This document shows positions 36,991-44,116 of a DNA stretch of 64,000 nt, piece after piece; within the stretch, counting starts at the first letter, position 1; every line of letters begins with the position of its first letter. The notes below the pieces were generated by a model. That model was not told the origin of the DNA. It saw only the letters and a list, made by a program, of their open reading frames with translations, and did not search any database. Position numbers and translations under genes: made by a program. Source of the stretch: Nanobdellota archaeon (GTDB lineage Archaea > Nanobdellota > Nanobdellia > Woesearchaeales > JACJVW01); NCBI GenBank assembly GCA_051819765.1, contig JBNJGT010000001.1, positions 42,716-106,715 on the forward strand. The letters run 5' to 3'.

Positions 36991-37920
36991 GGCTCCGTGT
37001 TTTACCAGGACTTTTGCGGTCTGTTCCTGCTCGTAGTCGTATGTTGCCTTAATTTTGATCGGTGTCTGGTAATCGCTTTGCGTGCTTACTTCTTGTGTGC
37101 AACTTACCTGGTGGGACCTGTCGTAAAGCCGTACATATCCGCTGGTATCGTCTCCTTCACTGAGGCCTGAGCATTTAAGTCCTGATCCAAGTTCGCTGCT
37201 CACTTCGAGCCAAACCTTATCCTCATCAACTTCGTTTTGTTTTGAGCACTCGGTCTCTTTCTTGAAGATCTCACCTGATCCAACATGTGTCACCTTGAAG
37301 GTGAAGCCTACCTTGTCTTGGGCGCGTGGGTATTCCTTGAAATCTGTAATATGGACTGGGGCTCCTGAGTTATAGACCACTTTTGGTTCATTTACATTAC
37401 ACACTCCTTCCTTTGTTGTGTCCAGGTTGTTTTCTCGTACACAGATATCGGCGATAGCGGTTGTCTGATAAAGGTAACATACATCAGCCCGAATGGGATA
37501 TTCCTTGTTGCCTTCGAGTTTTTCGTGGCGGTTGAGGCCATCAAAGGTGACGTATACCTGTGGTCCTTCAATTACTCCTCCCTCTGCATTCTTTTCAGTC
37601 GTGATGAGGTCTTCTTCAGGATGTTTTTTGAGGTCGGATTCACTGACTGAAAATTCAGATGGTAGGATTCCGCTGAGGGTGACTAGCACATTGTTGCTTT
37701 CAACAGTGTGTTCTCCTTTGTTCTGGAGTATAACTGAGACTTCAAAGGGATTGCTTCCTCCGTCATAGACCTCCTGGGGAGGGCTTCCTTCCGCAAAATT
37801 GACATCAATTCCGTTGACGCCTCCGATGAATGGGTCGCTTTTTGTACCGGTTTGGTTCTCACCGTCGGTGCACCCGGTTATTGCAATCATCAAAAGTAAG
37901 AGCATCAGTACCTTTTTCAT
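36985..37920 (-). CDS. Secreted lipoprotein-like protein, paralog of 37973..38893
   Basis: Start MKKVLMLLLLMIAITGCTDG preceded by GGAGGT. Shares the CYLYQTTAIADICV...CN...SGAP core with its neighbour. Confidence 0.55.
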   Translation of the reverse strand: MKKVLMLLLLMIAITGCTDGENQTGTKSDPFIGGVNGIDVNFAEGSPPQEVYDGGSNPFEVSVILQNKGEHTVESNNVLVTLSGILPSEFSVSESDLKKHPEEDLITTEKNAEGGVIEGPQVYVTFDGLNRHEKLEGNKEYPIRADVCYLYQTTAIADICVRENNLDTTKEGVCNVNEPKVVYNSGAPVHITDFKEYPRAQDKVGFTFKVTHVGSGEIFKKETECSKQNEVDEDKVWLEVSSELGSGLKCSGLSEGDDTSGYVRLYDRSHQVSCTQEVSTQSDYQTPIKIKATYDYEQEQTAKVLVKHGAS

Positions 37921-37972
37921 TATCGTAACCTCCAGGTCTCTCAATGGAATAATCCTTATATAAACTTTTTGA

Positions 37973-38893
37973 TTAGGGAGTGGCAATTATCTTTACTGGA
38001 CGGGATGTTGTGGTCCTGTAGCCGTATTCGAGTTCAATCCTTAGGGGGGTGGTGTATGCGGGTCCACTCAGGCCGGTAACATCGCAGACGAAATAGCCAT
38101 GTCCATCAATCAGTTTCAATTGGCCATCGTCCAGGGGCCTGCAGGTGCCCCGGATATCTGTGCTTGCGATCTCAACTGCATTGACTGTCACGTAATCCAC
38201 ATCTTTGTATTCAAGGCCTTCAGGACTGTAAGGGCTGCAATCTGTAAGATGGGAATACCCTGATTTGAATACTGTGCCTGGCCCTGCGTTATCGACGTGG
38301 ATCTTGAACTTGGTCTTCCCTTTCATAGGCTCCATCTCAATCGCACTTACGGTTATGGGCGCGCCTTGTGAGCCGACAGAAGGGTTGAGTTGGGCGTTGC
38401 ATGCCTTATTCTTTGATGTTGTGGAGTAGGGGTCAGGGTCAATGCAGACGGTTGGTTCAGCTATTGTCTTGTATAGGTAGCAGGCAGTGGCCATGAGGTT
38501 GAATTCGTATTTGTCTCTCTTTTGGGCGTCCAAGCTACGGATAGAACCGTCGAATTCAAGGCTCGTGAATTCTCCCTGGTGATTATACATGCTTTTTCCT
38601 TCAAGGTCCTTAATCGTGTTCCCTTCGCTGACTCCTGTGATTATGTTCTTGTCATAACCGCTCAGGTAGACCTTGCTGTTGGAGCCTGTCTCAATGTCTG
38701 TTGCGCCCCTGTTGTGTACCTTGAGCATCGCAGTGAAGGGTTCATCATCATATATCTTCATTGGGGGCATGTTTGACATGAACTCCAGTGTGAGTCCTTG
38801 CGTGCCTGTGCGGTAATTCTCATCCTGGTTCTGGGATGGTTCAGAACTACAGGCTATCAGAAACAGGATGGAAAGGATAAGGATTTTTTTCAT
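37973..38893 (-). CDS. Secreted lipoprotein-like protein, paralog of 36985..37920
   Basis: MKKILILSILFLIACSSEP signal/lipobox-like. ...ATACYLYKTIAEPTVCIDPDP...CNAQLNPSVGSQGAP... is shared with the paralog. Confidence 0.55.
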   Translation of the reverse strand: MKKILILSILFLIACSSEPSQNQDENYRTGTQGLTLEFMSNMPPMKIYDDEPFTAMLKVHNRGATDIETGSNSKVYLSGYDKNIITGVSEGNTIKDLEGKSMYNHQGEFTSLEFDGSIRSLDAQKRDKYEFNLMATACYLYKTIAEPTVCIDPDPYSTTSKNKACNAQLNPSVGSQGAPITVSAIEMEPMKGKTKFKIHVDNAGPGTVFKSGYSHLTDCSPYSPEGLEYKDVDYVTVNAVEIASTDIRGTCRPLDDGQLKLIDGHGYFVCDVTGLSGPAYTTPLRIELEYGYRTTTSRPVKIIATP

Positions 38894-38931
38894 GAATAAA
38901 ATTTAAGAAAAAGAGTTTAAATATTTTTCGA

Positions 38932-39345
38932 CTAAATCCCAGTGAGTTTGCTCTCAATCATCTGAAGCTCGTTCTCAAGCTTTTCAAGCTCAGAAGGCAT
39001 CGGCTTCTTTTTCTTGGTCTCCTTGGGTTTTTCCTTTTTCTCTTTTTTCTCTTCTTTTGGAGCCTGTTTCTTTGGTTCCTTTTGTGAGAGATGCCTTATC
39101 TTGGTCTCTGGCATGAGTGTATTGAGCTTTCCCAGGAGATGGTTTATCTGCTGCACATCCTGTTTTAATTTGCTGAAGAGTTCCACCTTCTCCTTTCGTC
39201 CCTGCTTGAGTTTCTCATAGTTCTTTAGAGTTACAATGGTTCCTTTTGCAGCACTCAGTACTTCTCTTTGAAGGTCCTTTGGGTCTTCTATCCCAATATA
39301 GTAGATGTGCTTCTCGTTTTTACTCCTATCTTCTGGGGCCATCAT
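38932..39345 (-). CDS. K/E-rich coiled-coil protein of unknown function (start at the internal Met pair to avoid overlap)
   Basis: MMAPEDRSKNEKHIYYIGIEDPKDLQREVL... with the C-terminal KEPKKQAPKEEKKEKKEKPKETKKKKP low-complexity tail. 7-nt gap to the upstream gene. Confidence 0.4.
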   Translation of the reverse strand: MMAPEDRSKNEKHIYYIGIEDPKDLQREVLSAAKGTIVTLKNYEKLKQGRKEKVELFSKLKQDVQQINHLLGKLNTLMPETKIRHLSQKEPKKQAPKEEKKEKKEKPKETKKKKPMPSELEKLENELQMIESKLTGI

Positions 39346-39352
39346 CACCACT

Positions 39353-39586
39353 CTAAAATGCCTCTGGTTCGAAAAGTGTCCGGTCGACAAATTCAATCTT
39401 CCTTTCCACTTCATCCAGTTCGTTTGTCCATGTCTCAATCTCGGTATCTTCCGTGTTCTTCAGTTCGTTGATTCGAGCAAGGGTCGTTTTTGATTCTTTG
39501 ATCTTAGCCTTGACGAGTTCAATCACGTCAAGTACATCCTTGTATTCATCAATCTTTACGAAAACTGGTGCATCTTTTTGAGCCAT
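39353..39586 (-). CDS. Small acidic protein (77 aa), 'KIDEYK' domain family, paralogous to the C-terminus of 39597..40223
   Basis: PVFVKIDEYKDVLDVIELVKAKIKESKTTLARINELKNTEDTEIETWTNELDEVERKIEFVDRTLFEPE. Confidence 0.45.
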   Translation of the reverse strand: MAQKDAPVFVKIDEYKDVLDVIELVKAKIKESKTTLARINELKNTEDTEIETWTNELDEVERKIEFVDRTLFEPEAF

Positions 39587-39596
39587 TTAACATCAC

Positions 39597-40223
39597 CTAT
39601 TGTTTTTCTTCAAAGAAAGTCCTATCAATATAATGGATCTTCCTGTAAACGTCTAAAAGCATCTTTTTCCATTTCTCATACTCTTTGTCTTCCTCAACCT
39701 TAATTTCGTTGAGGCGTTTGAGTATCTCGTCACAGTCCTTCAGTGACCCTTTCATGTGGTCTGATGCTTCCAGTATTGCCTTATAATCCTCAATCTTAGT
39801 GAAAAGCGGTTCGTCGGAAAGCTTAATCTCCTCGCGCTTCTTCTTTACCTCCTGTGCGCCCATCTTCTGGCGGTCAATCGGGTCAATCTGTGACTCCATC
39901 TGAACCTCTTTTTGTGGCTCTGTTGATTGAGCCTCTTGTGGTGGTTCTGGTTGAGAAGTCTCCTGGACAGCCTGCTGTTGATAAGGCGCCTCAGGCTGGG
40001 CCGATTGATTGAATTGCTGGTTAAAATCAAAAGATGGTTGCGCCTGGGTCGACTCTGCTGGTTGCTGTTCCTGTACAGGGTTTTGAAAAAATTGATCCTG
40101 TTGTGGTTCTTGTGGGGGTTGGTCAAGATTGGGAGGCGGTGGAATCTCCATTCCACTGTTCTGAGGTTGTTCCTCTTTTTTTCCGAAAAGTTTACTCATT
40201 AGTCCCATACTGCACCTCTGCAT
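39597..40223 (-). CDS. Protein with a long Q/P-rich intrinsically disordered N-region and a C-terminal 'KIEDYK' domain (paralog of 39353..39586)
   Basis: ...PPPPNLDQPPQEPQQDQFFQNPVQEQQPAESTQAQP... then PLFTKIEDYKAILEASDHMKGSLKDCDEILKRLNEIKVEEDKEYEKWKKMLLDVYRKIHYIDRTFFEEK. Confidence 0.45.
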   Translation of the reverse strand: MQRCSMGLMSKLFGKKEEQPQNSGMEIPPPPNLDQPPQEPQQDQFFQNPVQEQQPAESTQAQPSFDFNQQFNQSAQPEAPYQQQAVQETSQPEPPQEAQSTEPQKEVQMESQIDPIDRQKMGAQEVKKKREEIKLSDEPLFTKIEDYKAILEASDHMKGSLKDCDEILKRLNEIKVEEDKEYEKWKKMLLDVYRKIHYIDRTFFEEKQ

Positions 40224-40581
40224 ATATCTTACTATTTAACTTTTTAATACTTTTCGAGCACTCAAAAATAGCAACACAATCTCCCGTCTGTTTTGTTTTT
40301 GCACTGATAGTGACTCCTTGAGGGTACTCTTAGGGTTTTCTCTCAACCAGTCAGGTTGCGGCCTCACTTTTTTAGATCTCCAGGATGATCCTTACATGCC
40401 GTATTCGGCAAAGTGTTGCTGATATACCTCTGGATGGACTTTGAGATAGGGGTTGGGCTGTAAGCGATTTGATGGGCAAGGGGCTGTTGGCTTCTTTAAA
40501 GCGGGGTGCTTCGGTGATGTATCGGCGATATCTCTTAGTAACATTTTTATATACGATGGGCACAAACATTTTTGAAAAAAG

Positions 40582-41163
40582 ATGGTTACGGCAGGTCGCG
40601 AGCGAGAGGTTTGTTCTCGGGTATTCAAGATTATACTTGAGTATGTCCGGGAAGTAAAGCAGGATGATGGTCTGGTTGCGGACCTTCTTAAACAGGTCTC
40701 CCTTTCCAAAGATGATTATGAAAATGCTAATCATTGGGAGTCCCGGAATCAGCTTGTTGCCCTTTTTGAATGTGTCAAACGCCTTTTCCATGAACCGTCT
40801 CCCTTTTTGACAATCGGGAGGCATTCGGTGGATTTCAAGAAAATTGGGCTTCTCCTGTCAATTGTGCGTCCGATGAGTGGGCCTGAGAAACTTTATCAAC
40901 TGGTGCCTCAGTATGATAAGAAGTTTGTGCGGTATACCACCTTCAAAATCATTCACTCCGGGGATTGTTTTGTAACGTTTCAGCTCTCATTTCAGGAAGG
41001 ATATTCGCTCTTAAAGGAGGATCTAGATCTTATCAGTGGGATGTTGAGTGCAATCCCAACCATATGGGGATTTGAGTTCGCGGAAGTGACGCAGATAGAA
41101 TCTCACTTTGACGAGAGGTGGGCTATTCTCAGATGTGATTGGATTGAACAGCAAAATTTATAA
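40582..41163 (+). CDS. Hypothetical protein (193 aa); possible frameshift with the overlapping ORF 40469..40657
   Basis: Two ORFs in different frames overlap at 40582..40657. Neither has a recognisable motif. Confidence 0.3.
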   Translation: MVTAGREREVCSRVFKIILEYVREVKQDDGLVADLLKQVSLSKDDYENANHWESRNQLVALFECVKRLFHEPSPFLTIGRHSVDFKKIGLLLSIVRPMSGPEKLYQLVPQYDKKFVRYTTFKIIHSGDCFVTFQLSFQEGYSLLKEDLDLISGMLSAIPTIWGFEFAEVTQIESHFDERWAILRCDWIEQQNL

Positions 41164-41188
41164 GTGTACCATCAGTCTCGCTTAGGAT

Positions 41189-41262
41189 GGCGGCCGTGGT
41201 GTAGCCTGGCAGCACAAAGGACTGTGGATCCTTTAGGGCGAGTTCAAATCTCGCCGGTCGCC
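41189..41262 (+). tRNA. tRNA-His(GUG) with a genomically encoded G-1
   Basis: G-1 pairs with discriminator C73. Acceptor GCGGCCG/CGGTCGC. D-arm GTGT-AGCCTGGCA-GCAC. Anticodon stem AAGGA/TCCTT with loop CTGTGGA. T-arm GCGAG-TTCAAAT-CTCGC. Confidence 0.85.
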
Positions 41263-41264
41263 CT

Positions 41265-41717
41265 TTACGCTAATATCCCTTTTTCTTCAAGGACCTCGAG
41301 CAGTTCGAGCACTTGTTTGTAGTAGGCCATCACAGAATCTATCGTGGCTTGGACTGTCTCATCGTCAAGCTCGAATGTGGTGGTAACGTTACGCCTGTAT
41401 TCGTTGATGCTTGTGTATTCAGAGAGGTTGAGGCGTCTGAGAAACAGATAAAGGTCCATGCCTTCGGTAATGATCCTGCTTTCGGGATACTGCTCTTTTA
41501 TTATCTGTGCTTGCCTAAGTGGTACTTTTGTCTCGTCGATCTCCTCTTTTGCAACCAGGTGGTCTATTACTCCCTGGCTTATGTACTCAAAAGAGCTTAC
41601 CAGCCGATTGATGACGCTTTTGATGACATCGCCTGTCCGGGTATATTTGAGGCTGACATAGATTAGATGATCGACTCGTTTCAGTTCTTCCTTTGCATAG
41701 TATAGGTTCTCATTCAT
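41265..41717 (-). CDS. Hypothetical alpha-helical protein (150 aa), tandem paralog of 41710..42168
   Basis: Shares the 'L..V(D/E)HL.....Y.......L......F..F..' architecture with its upstream neighbour. Confidence 0.4.
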   Translation of the reverse strand: MNENLYYAKEELKRVDHLIYVSLKYTRTGDVIKSVINRLVSSFEYISQGVIDHLVAKEEIDETKVPLRQAQIIKEQYPESRIITEGMDLYLFLRRLNLSEYTSINEYRRNVTTTFELDDETVQATIDSVMAYYKQVLELLEVLEEKGILA

Positions 41718-42168
41718 GTGTTACCCTCCTGATCTCTTTAATGAAGTCCTTTGCTTTATAGAGGTGTTTTTTTATTGTGGCGTCTGTAACGATGTTTAGG
41801 CTGTAGTCATCAGAGCAGATGACCAGGCGGTCTTTCTTGGTGAATTCAACCGCGCTTTTTTGGTGTGCGACCAAAACCTCCCGTAATTCGCGTATGGTAT
41901 TTAAATATTCCTCTAGTTTGTATCGTTTCGCGCTTTCATGGAACATGGTGAGTTTTCCTTCCAAAGTCTCGGGAAACTTAGGGATGCGCTTGTATTTTCG
42001 CTCAAAATACAGAAGGGCTGAAATCGCTTTGGTGAACCCGAGGAATGTGTTTTCAAGGCCTGAAAGAAGGAGCCGGGAATCACCTATCATCTGATAGGTT
42101 CTATTTACCAGATGCTCTGCAACAGTGATGTTTTGAAGGGCCTCTTCAAGTAGCTTATTGGGTTCCAT
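41710..42168 (-). CDS. Hypothetical alpha-helical protein (152 aa), tandem paralog of 41265..41717
   Basis: 8-nt overlap with the downstream paralog and 14-nt overlap with the NAC ORF upstream (operon). Confidence 0.4.
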   Translation of the reverse strand: MEPNKLLEEALQNITVAEHLVNRTYQMIGDSRLLLSGLENTFLGFTKAISALLYFERKYKRIPKFPETLEGKLTMFHESAKRYKLEEYLNTIRELREVLVAHQKSAVEFTKKDRLVICSDDYSLNIVTDATIKKHLYKAKDFIKEIRRVTHE

Positions 42169-42496
42169 TCGTCAGGTCTAGTATGGCTTGGGCAAGGTCC
42201 CCCTCGGTTCTTTTGAGAGCTTCTTGGGCTTGCGCCTTCTCTACCTGAGCCTGTTCCATGACTGTCTGTATATCTTCCTCTGAAATCTCTGTCTCAAGTG
42301 GCCTTTCCAGGGGTTGTCCTACAATCTGGTAGGTCTCCTGGCCCATCATGTTCACCTTGCTGACCTGGGGATTTTGGAACACCAGTTCCTTGTCCGCGGT
42401 CCTAATAATCACTTCTGTTGCTTCTAACTCATTCTGAGAAACGCCCATGCGCTTCATCATCTGATTCATCTTTTTTTGATTCATTCCGGGTATCAT
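42155..42496 (-). CDS. nac: Nascent polypeptide-associated complex protein (archaeal NAC alpha) with UBA domain
   Basis: MIPGMNQKKMNQMMKRMG...EVIIRTADKELVFQNPQVSKVNMMGQETYQIVG...ISEEDIQTVMEQAQ...ALKRTEGDLAQAILDL. Start chosen at the Met giving the canonical N-terminus (track ORF 42155..42511). Confidence 0.85.
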   Translation of the reverse strand: MIPGMNQKKMNQMMKRMGVSQNELEATEVIIRTADKELVFQNPQVSKVNMMGQETYQIVGQPLERPLETEISEEDIQTVMEQAQVEKAQAQEALKRTEGDLAQAILDLTNGTQ

Positions 42497-42672
42497 CCTA
42501 ATCCCAACCAACTGTTTCCGAAGGTGTGCAGCGCAGCAAGTATGATCATGACAAGCAGGCAGAGCACGATCACGTGCCCTGGAGAAAGCTCAATCTTGCT
42601 TTTATAATCGTCAAAATATCTGGTGATACCTGCTGTGCTCGAGGGCATGTTTACTTTGTTGTTTTTTGCCAT
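42493..42672 (-). CDS. Preprotein translocase subunit Sec61-beta (SecG-type, archaeal), 59 aa
   Basis: MAKNNKVNMPSSTAGITRYFDDYKSKIELSPGHVIVLCLLVMIILAAL matches the Sec61-beta 'SSAGLxRYxDE..KIxLxP' motif plus a C-terminal TM. The longer track ORF (to 42825) is rejected because it overlaps the RNase P RNA. Confidence 0.7.
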   Translation of the reverse strand: MAKNNKVNMPSSTAGITRYFDDYKSKIELSPGHVIVLCLLVMIILAALHTFGNSWLGLG

Positions 42673-42679
42673 TTTGATC

Positions 42680-42990
42680 AAATGTGGTAAGGTAGCAGTA
42701 AGCCGCCTTCTGTCAGGCCCAAACATCTTCTTGGGGATGCGATGGCCTGTCTTAGCATTTAACTGAGCGCATACTGCTTGCACAAGCCAAGGGTGGCTTT
42801 TCACCTGTTCCTCATACGATGTCAACGGGTTAACTCCCAGGCCGTTGCCGGCTGGTTCACCGCATCATCCCTATATGAGGGAGTGTTTTTTCTGAGCCAT
42901 TGCCATCCTTCTCAGGATCTCCTCAGAGTGGCATTTCCTGTGGGCGGACTTTCCTCACGGGTGCGATAGCTAAGTTGCTACCTTACCTTG
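42680..42990 (-). ncRNA. rnpB: RNase P RNA (archaeal type-A-like), about 310 nt
   Basis: Minus strand contains CR-I GAGGAAAGUCCGCCCACAG and CR-V ACAGAAGGCGGCUUA, with covarying P4 pairing (GCC/GGC in place of the E. coli GGG/CCC). P1 is formed by 5' GGUAAGGUAGCA (42976..42987 region) and 3' UGCUACCUUACC (42686..42698). It includes the J11/12-like CAGGUGAAAAGCCACC. Confidence 0.8.
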
Positions 42991-43012
42991 ATGGAGAAGT
43001 ATTTTTCCTTTT

Positions 43013-44116
43013 TTAAGCTTTTTGTATGATGACTGCGAAAAACTCTTCTTGGCCCTGGTTTATAGGAATCTCTTCAATAATGGAGAATTGGTCATTCTGG
43101 AGAAGGTCATCAGGAGTCCTGGTCAGCAGTACAGCCTTTCCCTGTTGGTTGAGCACGTATTTAAGCTGGTGGAAAAACTCGGTGTAGATCTTCTGGATGT
43201 CTCTTGGGTTCTTGTGGCGTGACAGTTGTGGCGGGGCGGTCACCACGCAATCGACTTCCTTTTCCTTGTGCTTTGTATCAAGCCAGGAGATGTCTATGCG
43301 GGAGAACCTGAGTGCTTTATGGATCCCGGCAATCTTTGCGTTCTTGTTTGCGGCTTTAACATTCTTTAGCATGCTGTCATAGCCGATGATTGTGGCTTCC
43401 GGTTCCTTTTTCGTGTCCAATCCTGTAAACCAGGCATCAGGATCTTGTGTGAATTGGGGAAAATATTGGAATGCCAGCTGATCCTTGTTGAAGAAATGGG
43501 GTGAGAGGCCTCGTGCACGGAGGGCTGCCTCAATCGGTATGATGCCACTTCTTGAGAAGGGGTCGATAAGAGTCTGGTTACTGGTGAACCCAGCAAGCCG
43601 GGTAAGGGCATAGGCTATCGTGCCTTTGAGGCTCAGGCGGGTGGTGAAGAGCATGAAGCTGCGTTTGCTCAAATCAATCCCTGCAAGGTCGATGCCTATG
43701 ATGCAGGTATCATCCTGGATATGGATCTGGACTGTGTAGGTGGGGTGATCAAGGTCTACGGGTGCCTTGTATTGCTGCTTGACCTTTGCACCAATGCGTT
43801 CTTCCACATCTTTGCTGGAAAAAGGATGATCTCCATGCCTGTCACAGCGTGCGGCAAAAGGTGTCTGTTCAGTGATCCAGTCTGTCGTGAGGCAGGCTTT
43901 TTCGAGGTGCTCCAGGGTCTGGAATCTGAAGCTGTCAAGGACATAGAGGATCTTATGGATTGACTGGGCCTGATAGGTTACCCTGCAGGCAGATTCAAAA
44001 TCAGTCTCAAAGAATACTGCTGTCTCTGAGAGTTTGCCCTCAACTCCGATGAGCTCTTCTATCTCCTCTTTTGTTACTCTTTCGATCCCTTTGCTCGTGA
44101 TGGCTGCGAATCTCAT
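43013..44116 (-). CDS. THUMP-domain SAM-dependent N2-guanine tRNA methyltransferase (Trm11/TrmG10-like)
   Basis: N-terminal THUMP-like region. MTase motif I DPFSRSGIIPIEAAL. Motif IV variant VVTAPPQ (degenerate D/NPPY). 367 aa. 4-nt overlap with gyrA. Confidence 0.65.
   Translation of the reverse strand: MRFAAITSKGIERVTKEEIEELIGVEGKLSETAVFFETDFESACRVTYQAQSIHKILYVLDSFRFQTLEHLEKACLTTDWITEQTPFAARCDRHGDHPFSSKDVEERIGAKVKQQYKAPVDLDHPTYTVQIHIQDDTCIIGIDLAGIDLSKRSFMLFTTRLSLKGTIAYALTRLAGFTSNQTLIDPFSRSGIIPIEAALRARGLSPHFFNKDQLAFQYFPQFTQDPDAWFTGLDTKKEPEATIIGYDSMLKNVKAANKNAKIAGIHKALRFSRIDISWLDTKHKEKEVDCVVTAPPQLSRHKNPRDIQKIYTEFFHQLKYVLNQQGKAVLLTRTPDDLLQNDQFSIIEEIPINQGQEEFFAVIIQKA

Noticed and set aside
42673-42825. 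N-terminal 51 codons of ORF 42493..42825
   Set aside because: The region encodes the 3' half of the RNase P RNA (CR-V and P1 3' strand). A Sec61-beta-length protein starts at the internal Met (42672).
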